A program made the translations under genes and the position numbers. Positions 1-12,937 of a stretch of 64,000 bases of DNA are shown here, one piece after another. Every line of letters starts with the position of its first letter. The first letter of the stretch is position 1. The notes under the pieces were generated by a model. It did not search any database. It was given only the letters and a program-made list of their open reading frames with translations, and was not told the origin of the DNA. Location of the stretch: assembly GCA_002269645.1 (NCBI GenBank), contig NIVC01000557.1, positions 208,109 through 272,108 of the forward strand, in the 5' to 3' direction. Source of the stretch: Macrostomum lignano. Taxonomy: Eukaryota.

Positions 1-958
1 CACAGAACCATAGAATTGCCCACAGAACCATAGAATTGCCCACAAAACCATAGAATCGCACACAGACCCATAGAATCGCCAACAGAACCATAGAATCGCC
101 AACAGAACCATAGAATCGCCCACAGAACCATAGAATCGCCCACAGAACGATAGAATCACCCACAAAACCATAGAATCGCCAACAGAACCATAGAATTGCC
201 CACAGAACCATAGAATCACCACAAAACCATTGAATCGCACACAGACCCATAGAATCGCCAACAGAACCATAGAATCGCCAACAGAACCATAGAATCGCCC
301 ACAGAACCATAGAATCGCCCACAGAACGATAGAATCACCCACAGAACCATAGAATCGCCAACAGAACCATAGAATCGCCCACAGAACCATAGAATCGCCA
401 ACAGAACCATAGAATCGCCCACAGAACCATATAATCGCCCACAGAACGATAGAATCACCCACAGAACCATAGAATCGCCAACAGAACCATAGAATTGCCC
501 ACAGAACTATAAAATTGCCCACATAACCATAGAATTGCCCACAGAACCATAGAATCACCACAAAACCATAGAATCGCACACAGACCCATAGAATCGCCAA
601 CAGAACCATAGAATCGCCAACAGAACCATAGAATCGCCAACAGAACCATAGAATCGCAAAACAGACCCATAGAATCGCCAACAGAACCATAGAATCGCCA
701 ACAGAACCATAGAATCACAACAGAACCATAGAATCACAACAGAACCATAGAATCGCCCACAGAACCATAGAATCGTCCACAGAACCATAGAATCGCCCAC
801 AGAACGATAGAATCGCCCACAGACCCATAGAATCACCCACAGAACCATAGAATCGCCCACAGAACCATAGAATCGCCCACAGAACGATAGAATCACCCAC
901 AGAACCATAGAATCGCCCACAGAACCATAGAATCGCCCACAGAACAATAGAATCGCCC
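1..958. repeat. ~20-bp minisatellite (CACAGAACCATAGAATCGCC)n
   Basis: Direct tandem repeats with 19-20-bp variants and no unique spacers. Confidence 0.97.
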
Positions 959-1581
959 CTGAAGCTCCATATCGGATAACCAAAACAATTATCATGGTCA
1001 CGTAGAATCATTGCTTCCGTTTCAGCGAGCGGTTGACATTTCAATTATAATTCTACAATTATATTGGAGACTTGCTTCGTTGCTAAAACACATTCACTTC
1101 CATATAGCCTGCATATGAAGATTACGTAATCCATTAGCACTTGGTGCTGCTTGAAGTTCCATGTTCAATCTTTTTAAGCACCCATCTAGCGATACAGATC
1201 TATCTCTTATTCTGCATCTTCCCTTGACATATTTCGTGCTGGTCAGTAAGGGCTATCATGTCTAGAAATTTGAAGATTTTTTCAAAGCATTAACATTTTT
1301 GTTGTCTTCTTTTGCAACATGTCAATCGGAAGATATGTTAGTGTTTGTCAGTAGAAACAAAAAACATTTGCTGCGTCTGCAAAAAACAGGAGAAGAGAGA
1401 TCAGATACAGAAATCTCCAGTGCCCCAAAGTCTTTGACCCCTGAACTGAACTGATGGGAGCTGTGTGCATGGAATATCTCACAAGCCCAAAACTTCATAT
1501 AGGCTTTGTACGGAATTTCCCATTGTCAAAAAACTCTTGCTTACTAATTCCGCTAGCTTAACAACTTAAACTAATTTGACA

Positions 1582-2558
1582 ATGTGAAGAATCGAGCTTG
1601 TGAAGAATCGAGTCTGTGACGAATCGAGCTTGTGATGAATCGAGCTTGTGAAGAATCGAGCTTGTGAAGAATCGAGCTTGTGAAGAATCGAGCTTGTGAA
1701 GAATCGAGCTTGTGAGGAATCGAGCTTGTGAAGAATGGAGCTTGTGAGGAATCGAGCTTGTGAAGAATCGAGTCTGTGAAGAATGGAGCTTGTGAAGGAT
1801 CCAGCTTGTGAAAAATCGAGCTTGTGAAGAATCAAGCTTGTGAAGGATCGAGCTTGTGAAGAATCGAGCTTGTGAAGAATGGAGCTTGTGAGGAATCGAG
1901 CTTGTGAAGAATCGAGTCTGTGAAGAAGGAGCTTGTGAAGGATCGAGCTTGTGAAGAATCGAGCTTGTGAAGAATCGAGCTTGTGAAGAATCGAGCTTGT
2001 GAAGAATCGAGCTTGTGAAGAATCGAGCTTGTGAAGAATCGAGTCTGTGAAGAATCGAGCTTGTGAAGAATCGAGCTTGTGAAGAATCGAGTCTGTGACG
2101 AATCGAGCTTGTGACGAATCGAGCTTGTTAAAAATCTAGCTTGTGAAGAATCGAGTCTGTGAAGAATGGAGCTTGTGAAGGATCGAGCTTGTGAAGAATC
2201 GAGCTTATGAAGAATCGAGCTTGTGAAGAATCGAGCTTGTGAAGAATCGAGCTTGTGAAGAATCGAGCTTGTGAAGAATCGAGTCTGTGAAGAATGGAGC
2301 TTGTGAAGGATCGAGCTTGTGAAGGATCGAGCTTATGAAGAATCGAGCTTGTGAAGAATCGAGCTTGTGAAGAATCGAGCTTGTGAAGAATCGAGCTTGT
2401 GAAGAATCGAGCTTGTGAAGAATCGAGCTTGTGAAGAATCGAGTCTGTGAAGAATCGAGCTTGTGAAGAATGGAGCTTGTGAAGATTCGAGTCTGTGAAG
2501 AATCGAGCTTGTGAAGAATCGAGCTTGTGAAGAACTGAGCTTGTGAAGTTTCGAGCTT
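1582..2558. repeat. 16-bp minisatellite (TGTGAAGAATCGAGCT)n
   Basis: Direct tandem repeats; the 16-aa periodicity of the spurious ORFs equals three units. Confidence 0.97.
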
Positions 2559-4231
2559 CGAACTTTTCTGTCTTCCTCTGAAAACAAGATCTTTCAAGAT
2601 GGCTTGGAAGAATGAAAGAAGGGTCGCATGATTCCGAAGCCATTTGAACTGAGAGGCAGAAACTTAAGGAAGCGATTTAAAAGATAAGAAGATATACATG
2701 TGTCTAACAAAAATGACTACTTTATTAAAACGCTAATAATTGTATTGTTCCAATTATTTTATACATTCTAAGACCCGGAAAATCTAGTCAATAACTCTAT
2801 TAGCAATAATTTGAATTCGATTTCTGCCGATCAATATCGATAGCTGATATTGCTAAGAGTAAGGATTGCTGGGAGCTCACACCACCTGCTGTGTTTGCCC
2901 AATTAGTGTCAATAACCAATCAGAGATGCTAAGAGTTTGCACAGTTCAGTTCAGTAAGAAGTGTCTACACTGTGTAGTTGTGTCAGTCATTTTTCTCTCA
3001 CCACGCTGTTCCTCATTTCTCCAGTTCCCCATCTTCATCTCATTATTTAATAGTGAAATTTTTGCTAGCAATTTCTGGCTATAGTTTTTAACGATCTGTT
3101 TAAACAGGTCAACTTTGACAGTGAGCAAGTATTGTTTCAAGAGCTCAACTCACTCAGGTCCATATTGTAGACAGAACGAGGAGTGGGAGAAAAGAGGGGA
3201 GAGGTCCAGAATCTCTTCTTCATCATCGTTTCAGACTCCTATTATACGGTAAATCCCATTAGAAAGCTGAATCGTTTAATCAGGTTGAGAGAAGACTTGA
3301 GTCGGCGGTATAAGCTTGGTTTACGCTGTGTCAACACGTTCTGGGGAGTTCCGAAGAGAGTCAGTCAGTCTCAAGTCTGAAAGGGTTTTTGAAGCGATAT
3401 TGAGAAAGTGACTGATGATCTCCAGTCTTTGAGTTCTGTATAAGCAATAGAAACCCCCTTGAAGCTCGCTTTACACACATATTAGTGCCTGAGTGCAGGG
3501 ATTGGCATCTTCAGTTTCATTCTTGACCCACTGCGATCGAGGCCCTATACGTATATGCGCATGGGGTTGGGAAAAATATAGCAAACAGACCAGCAACTTG
3601 GCTTTTATACTTGGCGGTGCCTGACCGTTGAAATTGGGAGGCGGCGGGCCCGAGAAAGTATGGAGAAAAGCTGGACAAACAAGGCAATCCGAGAGTTCCA
3701 AGCCAGCCGACGGTTCCCCGAAAATCCCCAAAAAACAAAGGTGTTTCGGTTTGGGGGAGGACTGCAATAATAAACACCTATAAGACAGGGATGCAGGCTT
3801 GAGGATCAAATTGTTTGCACACTCCTGCGCAGTGTGGGTGTCCGGCTAAACCTTATCGAATAGATTTTTTTCTCTTGGCAAAAAATGGCTAATTTTTTTC
3901 CTTGTGCGGAAAATAGCGGAGAATGCCGAGAGCCGCGTGAATAGGAGATGTCAGCTGTCTGTCACGATCGCTGGCCAAATGTAAAAAAGAAGAATTCGAT
4001 TCCCAAAGTCTGGCAAACTTGCAATGCGGTCTTTGAATTCCTCAGCAACTTAGGTGGCCGGTTTTCCGTCTGCTGGTCTGAGGAATGCTGCAAGAGGGTT
4101 GGACAACTCTCGATTGTTTTCTAAAATTGTGCATAATATGCATCTATTGTTTGTTTATATTGTTTTGATAACTACGAGTATTGAATTACATGTATATAGG
4201 ATGTTAAAACAGGCTGAAGACAGAAAGAGTA

Positions 4232-4690
4232 TTGAGTGAGATATGGAGAGACTACTGAGTGAGATACGGAGAGAGTGCTGAGTGAGATATGGAGAGAGTG
4301 CTGAGTGAGATATGGAGAGAGTGCTGAGTGAGATATGGAGAGAGTGCTGAGTGAGATATGGAGAGAGTGCTGAGTGAGATATGGAGAGACTACTGAGTGA
4401 GATATGGAGAGAGTGCTGAGTGAGATATGAAGAGAGCATTGAGTGAGATGGAGAGAGTGCTGAGTGAGATATGGAGAGAGTGCTGAGTGAGATATGGAGA
4501 GAGTGCTGAGTGAGATATGGAGAGAGTGCTGAGTGAGATATGGAGAGAGCATTGAGTGAGATGGAGAGAGTGCTGAGTGAGATATGGAGAGAGCATTGAG
4601 TGAGATGGAGAGAGTGCTGAGTGAGATATGGAGAGAGCGTTGAGTGAGATATGGAGAAGATATGGAGAGAGTGTTGAGTGAGATAGAGAG
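4232..4690. repeat. 23-bp minisatellite (GAGTGAGATATGGAGAGAGTGCT)n
   Basis: Direct tandem repeats immediately upstream of the ZC4H2 exons. Confidence 0.95.
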
Positions 4691-4764
4691 ATTAGTAAGT
4701 CATAATTCGTTATCCGTTGATATTACGCAATGTAATTTTAACAAGCCGTGTCCTGTCCCCACAG

Positions 4765-6265
4765 CTGGAATCCAATTTGAAGCGCTCCGAAAGCGAACAG
4801 TCCCGCGAGTTGCAACGCCTCCGCTGCCTGTTGGACACCTACGGCCTGTTGCTAGGTCAGGTGAATCGACTGCGAATGAAATGCGGCCTCGAGCCTCTGC
4901 AGGACTTTCGGAACACTGGCGGACTCAATGTCGAGTGAGTTGATGCATGCCACACTTGGGATTATCTGGAGCCCTCTAGGGGGGTTTGATTGCTAGTCTA
5001 ATAGACTAAAATATTGAAATTCAAGTAGGAACCGGTTTAAATGCAGCAATACAGTTTGAGTTCGATTTAAGTAAAGAAGTTTCAGTTTTTTACGAGCAGT
5101 AGCATTAAATAAATTTTTTATTAAGCTATTTTCTTTATTAAATGCAAAAAGTGCAACCAACGACAGTGGCGAAAAGCAAGCAAAGTTCCTAATGTACTTT
5201 TATATGTGAAGTCTTATAGCTCGAAACGTGGATATTTCTCGACCGAGTAAAAAACCCCAGTCAGATCTTTCCGAAATCCGTTTAGACAAAAAACCGTATC
5301 TTGAGCAATTCCGCTCTTCAATGATGTATTTTTAAGCTGTATTTTTAGCATAACTACGAATACTGTAGCTTCAAAAGTTCAGGGCTTACTTTGCAGAATA
5401 AAATTCCTGTCTCTCAAACATAATTCAAAGTACATGTAGTGGCAAGTCTTTAAAAATATTCCCGTACATTGACACGTGTTGTGCGAGCTTGCGAGCAGTG
5501 GAGTTGGTTATTATGTCATGATTTCAGCAAAAGTACTCCTCCGGTTCTAACCACCCCTAATCCCGAATTGCATCCAGCATCGCGAACAAATGCGGCCAGA
5601 TCCCGATGGGCAACACTGGGTCAGCCGTGGCCGCGGCAGCCGCTTTCGACTTCATGAGCCGGCACCTGCTGGGTTTCGGGGCGCCGTTCCTGCCGAATTT
5701 TGGCGGCGTTGGCGGCGGCGGCGGTGGCGGAGCATTCCTGCCGCCGCCTCCCGGATCTGCCGTCTATCATCATCTCCAGCATCAGCACCAGCAGCATCAT
5801 CAGCATCAGCATAATCAGCAGCAGCAACAGTCGCTGCCACCACCTCCACCGCCAATGTCCGCGGCAGCAGCAGCCGCTGCCGCCGCTGTAGCAGCCGCCG
5901 CCGCAGCCGCCGTCAGCTCTTCGTCGAGCAGCCTGTGCGGCCGGCTCTACCCTCCTCCTCACCCGCACTCCCTGACCCCGAGGCCGGGCAGCTCAAACGC
6001 CGCCCTGCACCAGCCGGCAGCTCTGTCAACAACTTCCTCGTCCTGCCCATCGGCTGGCGTCTCCATGCAGCAGCCGATGCCGCAAGTCTGTGCCACGGCC
6101 ACGGCCGCCGCCTTTCGTCAACAACCGCCGCCGATGAAAGCTTGCACCTCCTGCCACCAGCAGATTCACCGGAATGCGCCAATCTGCCCGCTCTGCAAAG
6201 CCAAGAGCCGGTCTAAGAATCCCAAGAAGCAGAAGCGAAAGATTGACGGCTCGCTGATTGGTTGA
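4765..6265 (+). CDS. ZC4H2: ZC4H2 (zinc finger C4H2) orthologue, copy 1. Recognisable exons are 4765-4934 and 5578-6265; the 5' exon(s) are unresolved.
   Basis: The C-terminus [39 protein letters not shown] is almost identical to vertebrate ZC4H2. Exon 4765-4934 ([11 protein letters not shown]...[13 protein letters not shown]) matches the coiled-coil end (MENTIKQSEND...LRMTLGLQRL). Splice sites are canonical (ccccacag/gtgagt, catccag) with a consistent phase-2 join. Confidence 0.92.
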
Positions 6266-7566
6266 GAGACTCTCAGTATCTCCCTGACCGAAAATTCACA
6301 AGCAGATCGAGCGTTTCACTTTTGCATGCAATCGCAGGGACTATAAAACTAACTAATAATACGGTTCCTTTAGCGATCGATATCGATGCATGCATATGCG
6401 ACCGGTTGTATTACTAGGTACTATATTTTTAATACACCGGCTGTACATGTATGTATTAATATTTCAACGGTGCTAATACTAGTAGTATACTAATGATATG
6501 TTATCCATTCCATGAAATGCTGGGGCACCATATGCAGATGAAATCGCTATAGGAATGCAGAATTAGTTGTCACATGTAAACCTGTCGTGCCGCGAAGGGA
6601 GCTACATGTACGTAACAGTAATAGTGTAGGTTGCGGGCCGACAGACCAAATTTGTTTTTAGACTGTTCATTTGGTTTACATGTACGTTTAATATGTTAAT
6701 AATGGCACTTTACATGCATGTAATTGAATAAAAATTCAACGAGGTCCACTCGATCAGGACTGTGTAACAAGAAATCATTCATATATTAGATCCTCAATCA
6801 AAGAGCGCGCCCGTGCACTGGTAGTCTTTTCATCGAAATTTCCCAACAGAATACACACAAGAGTATTTATTCTATTTCGGAATCTACGCAGGTGTATTTT
6901 TTGCACAATGGTAGAATGGGTAAAAAAATCACAGGGTTTGGCATGTTGTTTCATTGTATACTAGGCCCACACTACAGGGAGCGATTCAAAAGCAATAAAA
7001 TTTTCAAAAAATTTTATGTTCCATATACAATAATGTAATACACTAACTGTATTTAGTAAAAAAGTTTGCTATCTTAAAATTTTACCATATATTTGTTTAA
7101 ATGGTCAACGTATAAATCGCATCAATATGACGTTGAATAAGCAGACTCAACTGCTTCAGTAGTTAGTGTCAGACTGGATCATCAGGACACATATGGGCGA
7201 TATGGCTTATGTCGTATGACGTTAAACATATGTTAATTTTTCATTGACATTAGAAGGCCTATAATTTTTATAAAATATTATGTATTACCTACCTAATTTA
7301 TATTTAATTTAGATCTATATTCCTGAAAGCATTGGTAGGCCCATTAAAGTGCTATCCTAGGCTTAATTTTTGTTGAGTAGGGGCCTAAATTAAATTAAGA
7401 GTACATAGCAATGGCCTAGGCAAATTTAACAATGAGCAGAACTCAAAAAAGTTAAGCATTGGCAATATTTGTGAGAGCTAAAATTGCAGCTAGTATTGTA
7501 TAAAATATCAATAACCCAAAGGCCAAAGCTAGGCCTAATGCCGTAGGCTTAACCCATAGGCCTATA

Positions 7567-7864
7567 CATACATGTGCAACCTCCAAAATTCGGTCAGCCG
7601 TGCGACTTAGTTTTAACAAAAATGCGACGTAGTTTTTGGCCAAAAATGCGACTTACATATAAAAAAACCCGAAAGCAAAATCAACGCAACTTTGGGTAAA
7701 CGGCAGGAGTAACTATGACTGTTTTATTAAGCTAAAATGCCTCGTCAGCTACTTAGTACTACTCTTCAGGTTATTTTTTGGGTGGGCATTTTTGCGACTT
7801 CCTTGATTGGCCGCCAAATCGGTCGGCCGGATCGGCCGACTCGGCCGACTGTTGCGCATGTATG
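7567..7864. mobile_element. hAT-type MITE, ~300 bp (family A, element 1)
   Basis: 14-bp TIRs CATACATGTGCAAC / GTTGCGCATGTATG; 8-bp TSD GGCCTATA (7559-7566, 7865-7872). Confidence 0.9.
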
Positions 7865-8463
7865 GGCCTATATGGCCTTATGATAAGGCCATGGCCATCT
7901 ATAATATTTCCTTTTAGATTTGAAACAAAATAGTACAAATGAGATTGAGAATTTATAGGCCTAGGTAGTGCTGGTCTAGCCTAGCTTTTTATGTTAAGAA
8001 GTAAAGTAGTAATTATTAAAGTAGTAGGCCTAATAAATAGGCCTATTAATTAATTTGTTATAATTAGACCTAGACATTTCATATTTATACAATTATAGGC
8101 CTATTAAAAAGTTTTGGCAATAATATGCTGTGTGCACTTATAGGCTAGTAGGCCTAGCTAGGATCAAATTGTTTGTGGTTAGTTTGCTAGGATATATTGC
8201 TTTGTCTATTGTCAGTTAATTTGCTGGCAAATAAAATGAGTTTTTAGTGGTGGGTATGTTTATTGTTTGTTTAGTATAATTATGAGGTAGGGGTTAAGAA
8301 AGATAATAAAAAAAATTTGGATTTGGATTTTCCTTGTAACTGATTGGCATTGAGTTTGCACAAATGAATACAGAAATGGTGCAGACGAATCACAACAAAT
8401 TGCTTTCTCCTGTTTTATTCCAACAGCCGGGGTCCTCAAATTCTGGGGGAGGGTAGTCGTAAT

Positions 8464-8767
8464 CATACATGCGCAACTTCCAAAATTCGGTCGGCCATGC
8501 GACTTAGTTTTAACAAAAAATGCGACGCAGTTTTTGGCCAAAAATGCGACTTACGTAATAAAAACTGTAAAGCAAAATTAACGCAACTTTGGGTAAACGG
8601 CAGAAGTAACTATAACTGTCTTATTAGGGCAAAATGGCTCGTAATGGCTCTAATGGCTTAGTAATACTACTTAGGTTTTTTTGGGTGGGCATTTTTGCGA
8701 CTTCCTTGATTGGCTGCCAAATCGGTCGGCCGGATCGGCCGACTCGGCCGACTGTTGCGCATGTATG
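8464..8767. mobile_element. hAT-type MITE, ~300 bp (family A, element 2)
   Basis: Perfect 14-bp TIRs CATACATGCGCAAC; 8-bp TSD GTCGTAAT; internal sequence homologous to 7567-7864. Confidence 0.9.
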
Positions 8768-11766
8768 GTCGTAATTGTAGCGGAGCAGTCTTGTAGCGGC
8801 ATGGTTGTTCAAACAATAATACACCGGAGATTTTGGTGTCATAAAATTAATGTGTTGATTTGCTGAGCTGGTTACTTTTGGTAGGGTAGTTGCTGCCACC
8901 ACTATAATTTACATATTTTGGAACAAATTAAGTCTTAGAGCTTTCTTTGAGATGAGAACTTTGGTTTTTTTATGCCCCATAGGCAAATGACTCAAGAAAT
9001 ACTATGGCTTATGTCAATAGATAAATGTGGTGTTTATGTTTATTAAGTTTCGTTTATTATTTAGCAGGCTTAATAAAGAAAGTTACTAATGCTATTAATA
9101 ATTAGGACAATTACTGGGGTTTGCGTTTAATTTGTTACGATGACAATGATTGTGGGCGCCAGTGCACAAAACGAGTTAAGAAAGTAAAATTGAACAAAAC
9201 TTGGCAAAAGAAATCTGAAGTGGAGGAGGAGAAGAAACGCATGAACCTAAAGTGGCACATCATGGGCTATATAAATATTAATGGAGAGGCTGCAGTCAAT
9301 GAGTGTGGCTGCCACTGGTCACACTAGTAGACCAAAATCTTGGACGTGGACACAACAGATGGAACAGCTTTATTGACATGCAAATTGAGAAAATAAAACA
9401 AAAAATTTAAGCAAAATTCCAGCAGGGGAAAACTCTTTTTTTCCACAGAATGGGATGACAAAACACTTGCTAGATCTCTAATCAAAAGAACATGAGAAAA
9501 AATTATTAGCAAACAGACAGGAAAAAATTAACTCTTTTGTGAGCAGTTTGAAGGGCTATTAAAAAATAAAACAGTTAATTAAAATTCAGACCAGTGGCAC
9601 CTAACTGCCACAATTATATGACAAATATTGTATGATTAGTTAATTAATTCAGGTATAATTTAGCCATCAATATTCAAAGCAAAAAACAAATTATTATAGT
9701 TTATTTATACACTGCTTAATATAATTTAAAGAGATGACACTATGTAATTTAGCTTTCATTTTTAACTGTGATTTTAAACTTTGATTTTTATATTTTAATT
9801 ATGATTTTGTAACCTATTTCCTATGAATTTAGTTGTAGTTATCCCATCTCCTATTTTTTCACTATGAACTCTTTTTTTGACTCTAAAGAAAAAACCACAT
9901 GAGCTTTAAACTTTGTGCAAAATTTCTCCCAAAATGTAAATTGAAAACTTCCAACTGCTGATCATTCATCTGCTTATTTGCTTATTTGCTGCAAATACTG
10001 CTCTTTACACTAATATATGCTTTGCTGCTTCATTGCTAGGTATTGTTTTCATTGGACACAATAGCATAGCAGATGAACTGTCCACCTTAGCATGGATCTC
10101 CAGTAGACAAACTGATAGCAGATTAAATGACCTAGTTTGCCCCTAGTTTGTACTATAGACAACAGGAAAAATGACTATTGCTTCATGGCTACACCAATAC
10201 ATGATTAAATTGAGTGCTTATAAAATAAACTAGATTATAAAATGGTAATATTAGGGCAATGCCAACTTTGATTATAGCTACAATAAAATGTTAGTATGAA
10301 TAGATAACTTGCTATTGCAATAATTGAATGAATTATGAATACTTGATAAATATCTAAAACAATAAGATCTAATAAAATCGCTATCATTTTGCACCACTGC
10401 CAAGAAAGTGTTCAGTGTATGCCAGAGTTTTTTAGGCAAAATTGAAAGTTATATACCAATTATGCCAAAAATTAGAAATGTGACTGTCATGTATACCAAA
10501 ATTTCAAAATGATGCAACCTTACTTTGCCCTATGAGAATAAAGATAAATGATCCTTTTTACATTCCAACAATCAAGGACCTTTTCTATTGTTAGGTTTGA
10601 TGTTTACATGTACATTATAACAAAATAAGTGTTGTATCTATTACTTTATAACAACTTGCAATCACAAAGTTCTAAAACTTAAACCCTTTAAAAACACTAT
10701 CACATTCAATTAGTATATATATATATATATACATATTTATTTATTCATATATATACTTTTTAAGACTCAAACACACCAAATATGCATGTTAATGAACTTA
10801 GAACTATAAATACAAAATAGTCTCCTTTGTAGGTAGCCATTAATATCCATTTTTATATGCTTTTTGTCTAATATAAGATTTGAATAAAGATATATGATAA
10901 CTGAAATTTCACTATACATATAGTTATTATCTGCATATATCAGAATTTTATTAATTGTGCTTATACAATTCTCATACAATATAAAAATCTATTTTCATAA
11001 TTAAGCTAGTTGCTATATATAATATAGTGCTCATAGGGTTGCTTATGCATCATTGGAAAGATAATTTCATTGATTTCTTTTTCTCTTGCCTAATATAACA
11101 ATCCGTATATCTTCCAAAAATATATATTGTATATAAAGATGACATATTGAACATGTTTTATACCCTTAGTCTAACTAATTTTAGCTAAGATTAAAAATAT
11201 TTAGTCCAACATATATTGTCTCTTAGAAATTGAAAATATATAATAAAGTTCTAGCAAATGCCAATGCCTACTTGAAGCTACCAATATCTCTACCCTATCC
11301 TTTGCATTGCTAATCCTTTCTGATTAGTTGTAGAAGTTTGCAGGCTTCATGTGTATAGATTAATTCTATTTTGCAATTGGTAGGTGTCTGAAATCCTTAA
11401 GAATCCAAATAATTATGAGATTATTAATAATTCACATGAAATATAAACTATAAAAATATCAAATATGAATAGGCTTGAAACAATAGGATGTCAATGTCAT
11501 TTTTGCATCCTGGGTCCGAATCAAGGATTTCAAATTAAAGTTAATATGTCATTTGTGACATACCCTATGGGTCTATGAGCCAACAAACCTAGACTGTAAT
11601 ATGTATTATAGATATAGGCTTTAAATTTAGTTTTAAATATTGCCATTGCCAAGTGTAGTCAGTACCTGATAATCATTATTAATAAATTTCAGGTGCCTAT
11701 ATTCAACAGAGCACCACTTGTTATTATTGTATTGCCTTAGGTCACTTGCTAATCAATCAATCAATC

Positions 11767-12053
11767 ATGAAGGCACAACAACAACAACAACAGCAACCTC
11801 CCAATGCGCAACTTCAGGCATCTGTTTCGCCTAGAATAAAAATTGTGCTGGGCGAAAAGCCCTCTGTCACGCACTGTAACCCATTCTACCTCATGAGCAA
11901 GGAGCCGCCACAGGAGGCGCCATTGACTGGAGCTTCCAATTTGATCAAGCATCACGATCTTGAGCAGGCTTATTCTATGTACTGTACCAGGCGTTTGCGT
12001 GAGGAGCTGTCGTGTTTTCTGCCTGGGTTACCTGGGCAGATTGATACTAATGG
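11767..12053 (+). pseudogene. MED19: Orphan MED19 exon 1 left by the duplication (no exon 2 follows it)
   Basis: Identical to 24759-25045. Its intron is cut at the duplication junction at 12753. Confidence 0.85.
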
Positions 12054-12064
12054 GTGAGTCTTGA

Positions 12065-12753
12065 GTCAGGCTGATTGCTAACAGGTCAGGCTGATTGCTA
12101 ATAGGTCAGGCTGATTGCTAACAGATCAGGCTGATTGCTAATAGGTCAGGCTGATTGCTAACAGGTCAGGCTGATTGCTAACAGGTCAGGCTGATTGCTA
12201 ATAGGTCAGGCTGATTGCTAACAGATCAGGCTGATTGCTAATAGGTCAGGCTGATTGCTAACAGGTCAGGCTGATTGCTAATAGGTCAGGCTGATTGCTA
12301 ACAGGTCAGGCTGATTGCTAACAGGTCAGGCTGATTGCTAATAGGTCAGGCTGATTGCTAACAGGTCAGGCTGATTGCTAATAGGTCAGGCTGATTGCTA
12401 ACGGGTTAGGCTGATTGCTAATAGGTCAGGCTGATTATTAATGGGCCAGACTGATTATTGGGTCAGACTGATTATTAATGGGTCAGACTGATGATTAGTG
12501 GGTCAGACTGATTATTAATGGGCCAGACTGATTATTGGGTCAGACTGATTATTGGGTCAGACTGATGATTAGTGGGTCAGACTGATGATTAGTGGGCCAG
12601 ACTGATTATTGGGTCAGACTGATTATTAATGGGTCAGACTGATGATTAGTGGGTCAGACTGATTATTAATGGGCCAGACTGATAATTAGTGGATCAGACT
12701 GATTATTAATGGGCCAGACTGATTATTGGGTCAGACTGATTATTAATGGGCCA
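12065..12753. repeat. MED19 intron minisatellite, copy 1: 18 x 20-bp GTCAGGCTGATTGCTAAYAG, then GGGTCAGACTGATTATTAAT-type units
   Basis: Direct tandem repeats starting 11 bp after the donor. Confidence 0.95.
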
Positions 12754-12937
12754 TGATCTGAATAATGTGCAGGTTAACAGGTTGGTTCGCCGGCGGCGGA
12801 TTATTTATTTGGTTGCTGGTGGCAGTGTCATCATTGGGCTGGCCGTTAAGGTTCGCCCTCAGCGCCCCGCTCCTAGTTTGGCACGGGGTTGGGAACGGCA
12901 TTACTCGTTCCCAGAGCTATCCGAGAAACCCCATATA

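Larger units (their letters stand above)
1..12753. repeat. Copy 1 of a ~12.99-kb tandem segmental duplication (its start lies about 236 bp left of the window)
   Basis: Sequence from position 1 recurs at 12991 (offset 12990, rising to 12991 and then 12992 after two G-run indels). Identity with copy 2 ends after ...TATTAATGGGCCA at 12753/25745. Confidence 0.97.

Noticed and set aside
1455-1515. Minus-strand MGNSVQSLYEVLGL resembling a DnaJ N-terminus
   Set aside because: It stops immediately, and no spliced continuation gives J-domain helices or the HPD motif.
216-2643. Long ORFs over the 20-bp and 16-bp repeats (and their duplicates at 12901-15633)
   Set aside because: Periodic translations of minisatellites in several frames at once, with no domain similarity.
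7452-10979. Short ORFs in the AT-rich intergenic region (and duplicates at 20443-23971)
   Set aside because: No recognisable motifs; several overlap MITEs, and lengths are within chance expectation.
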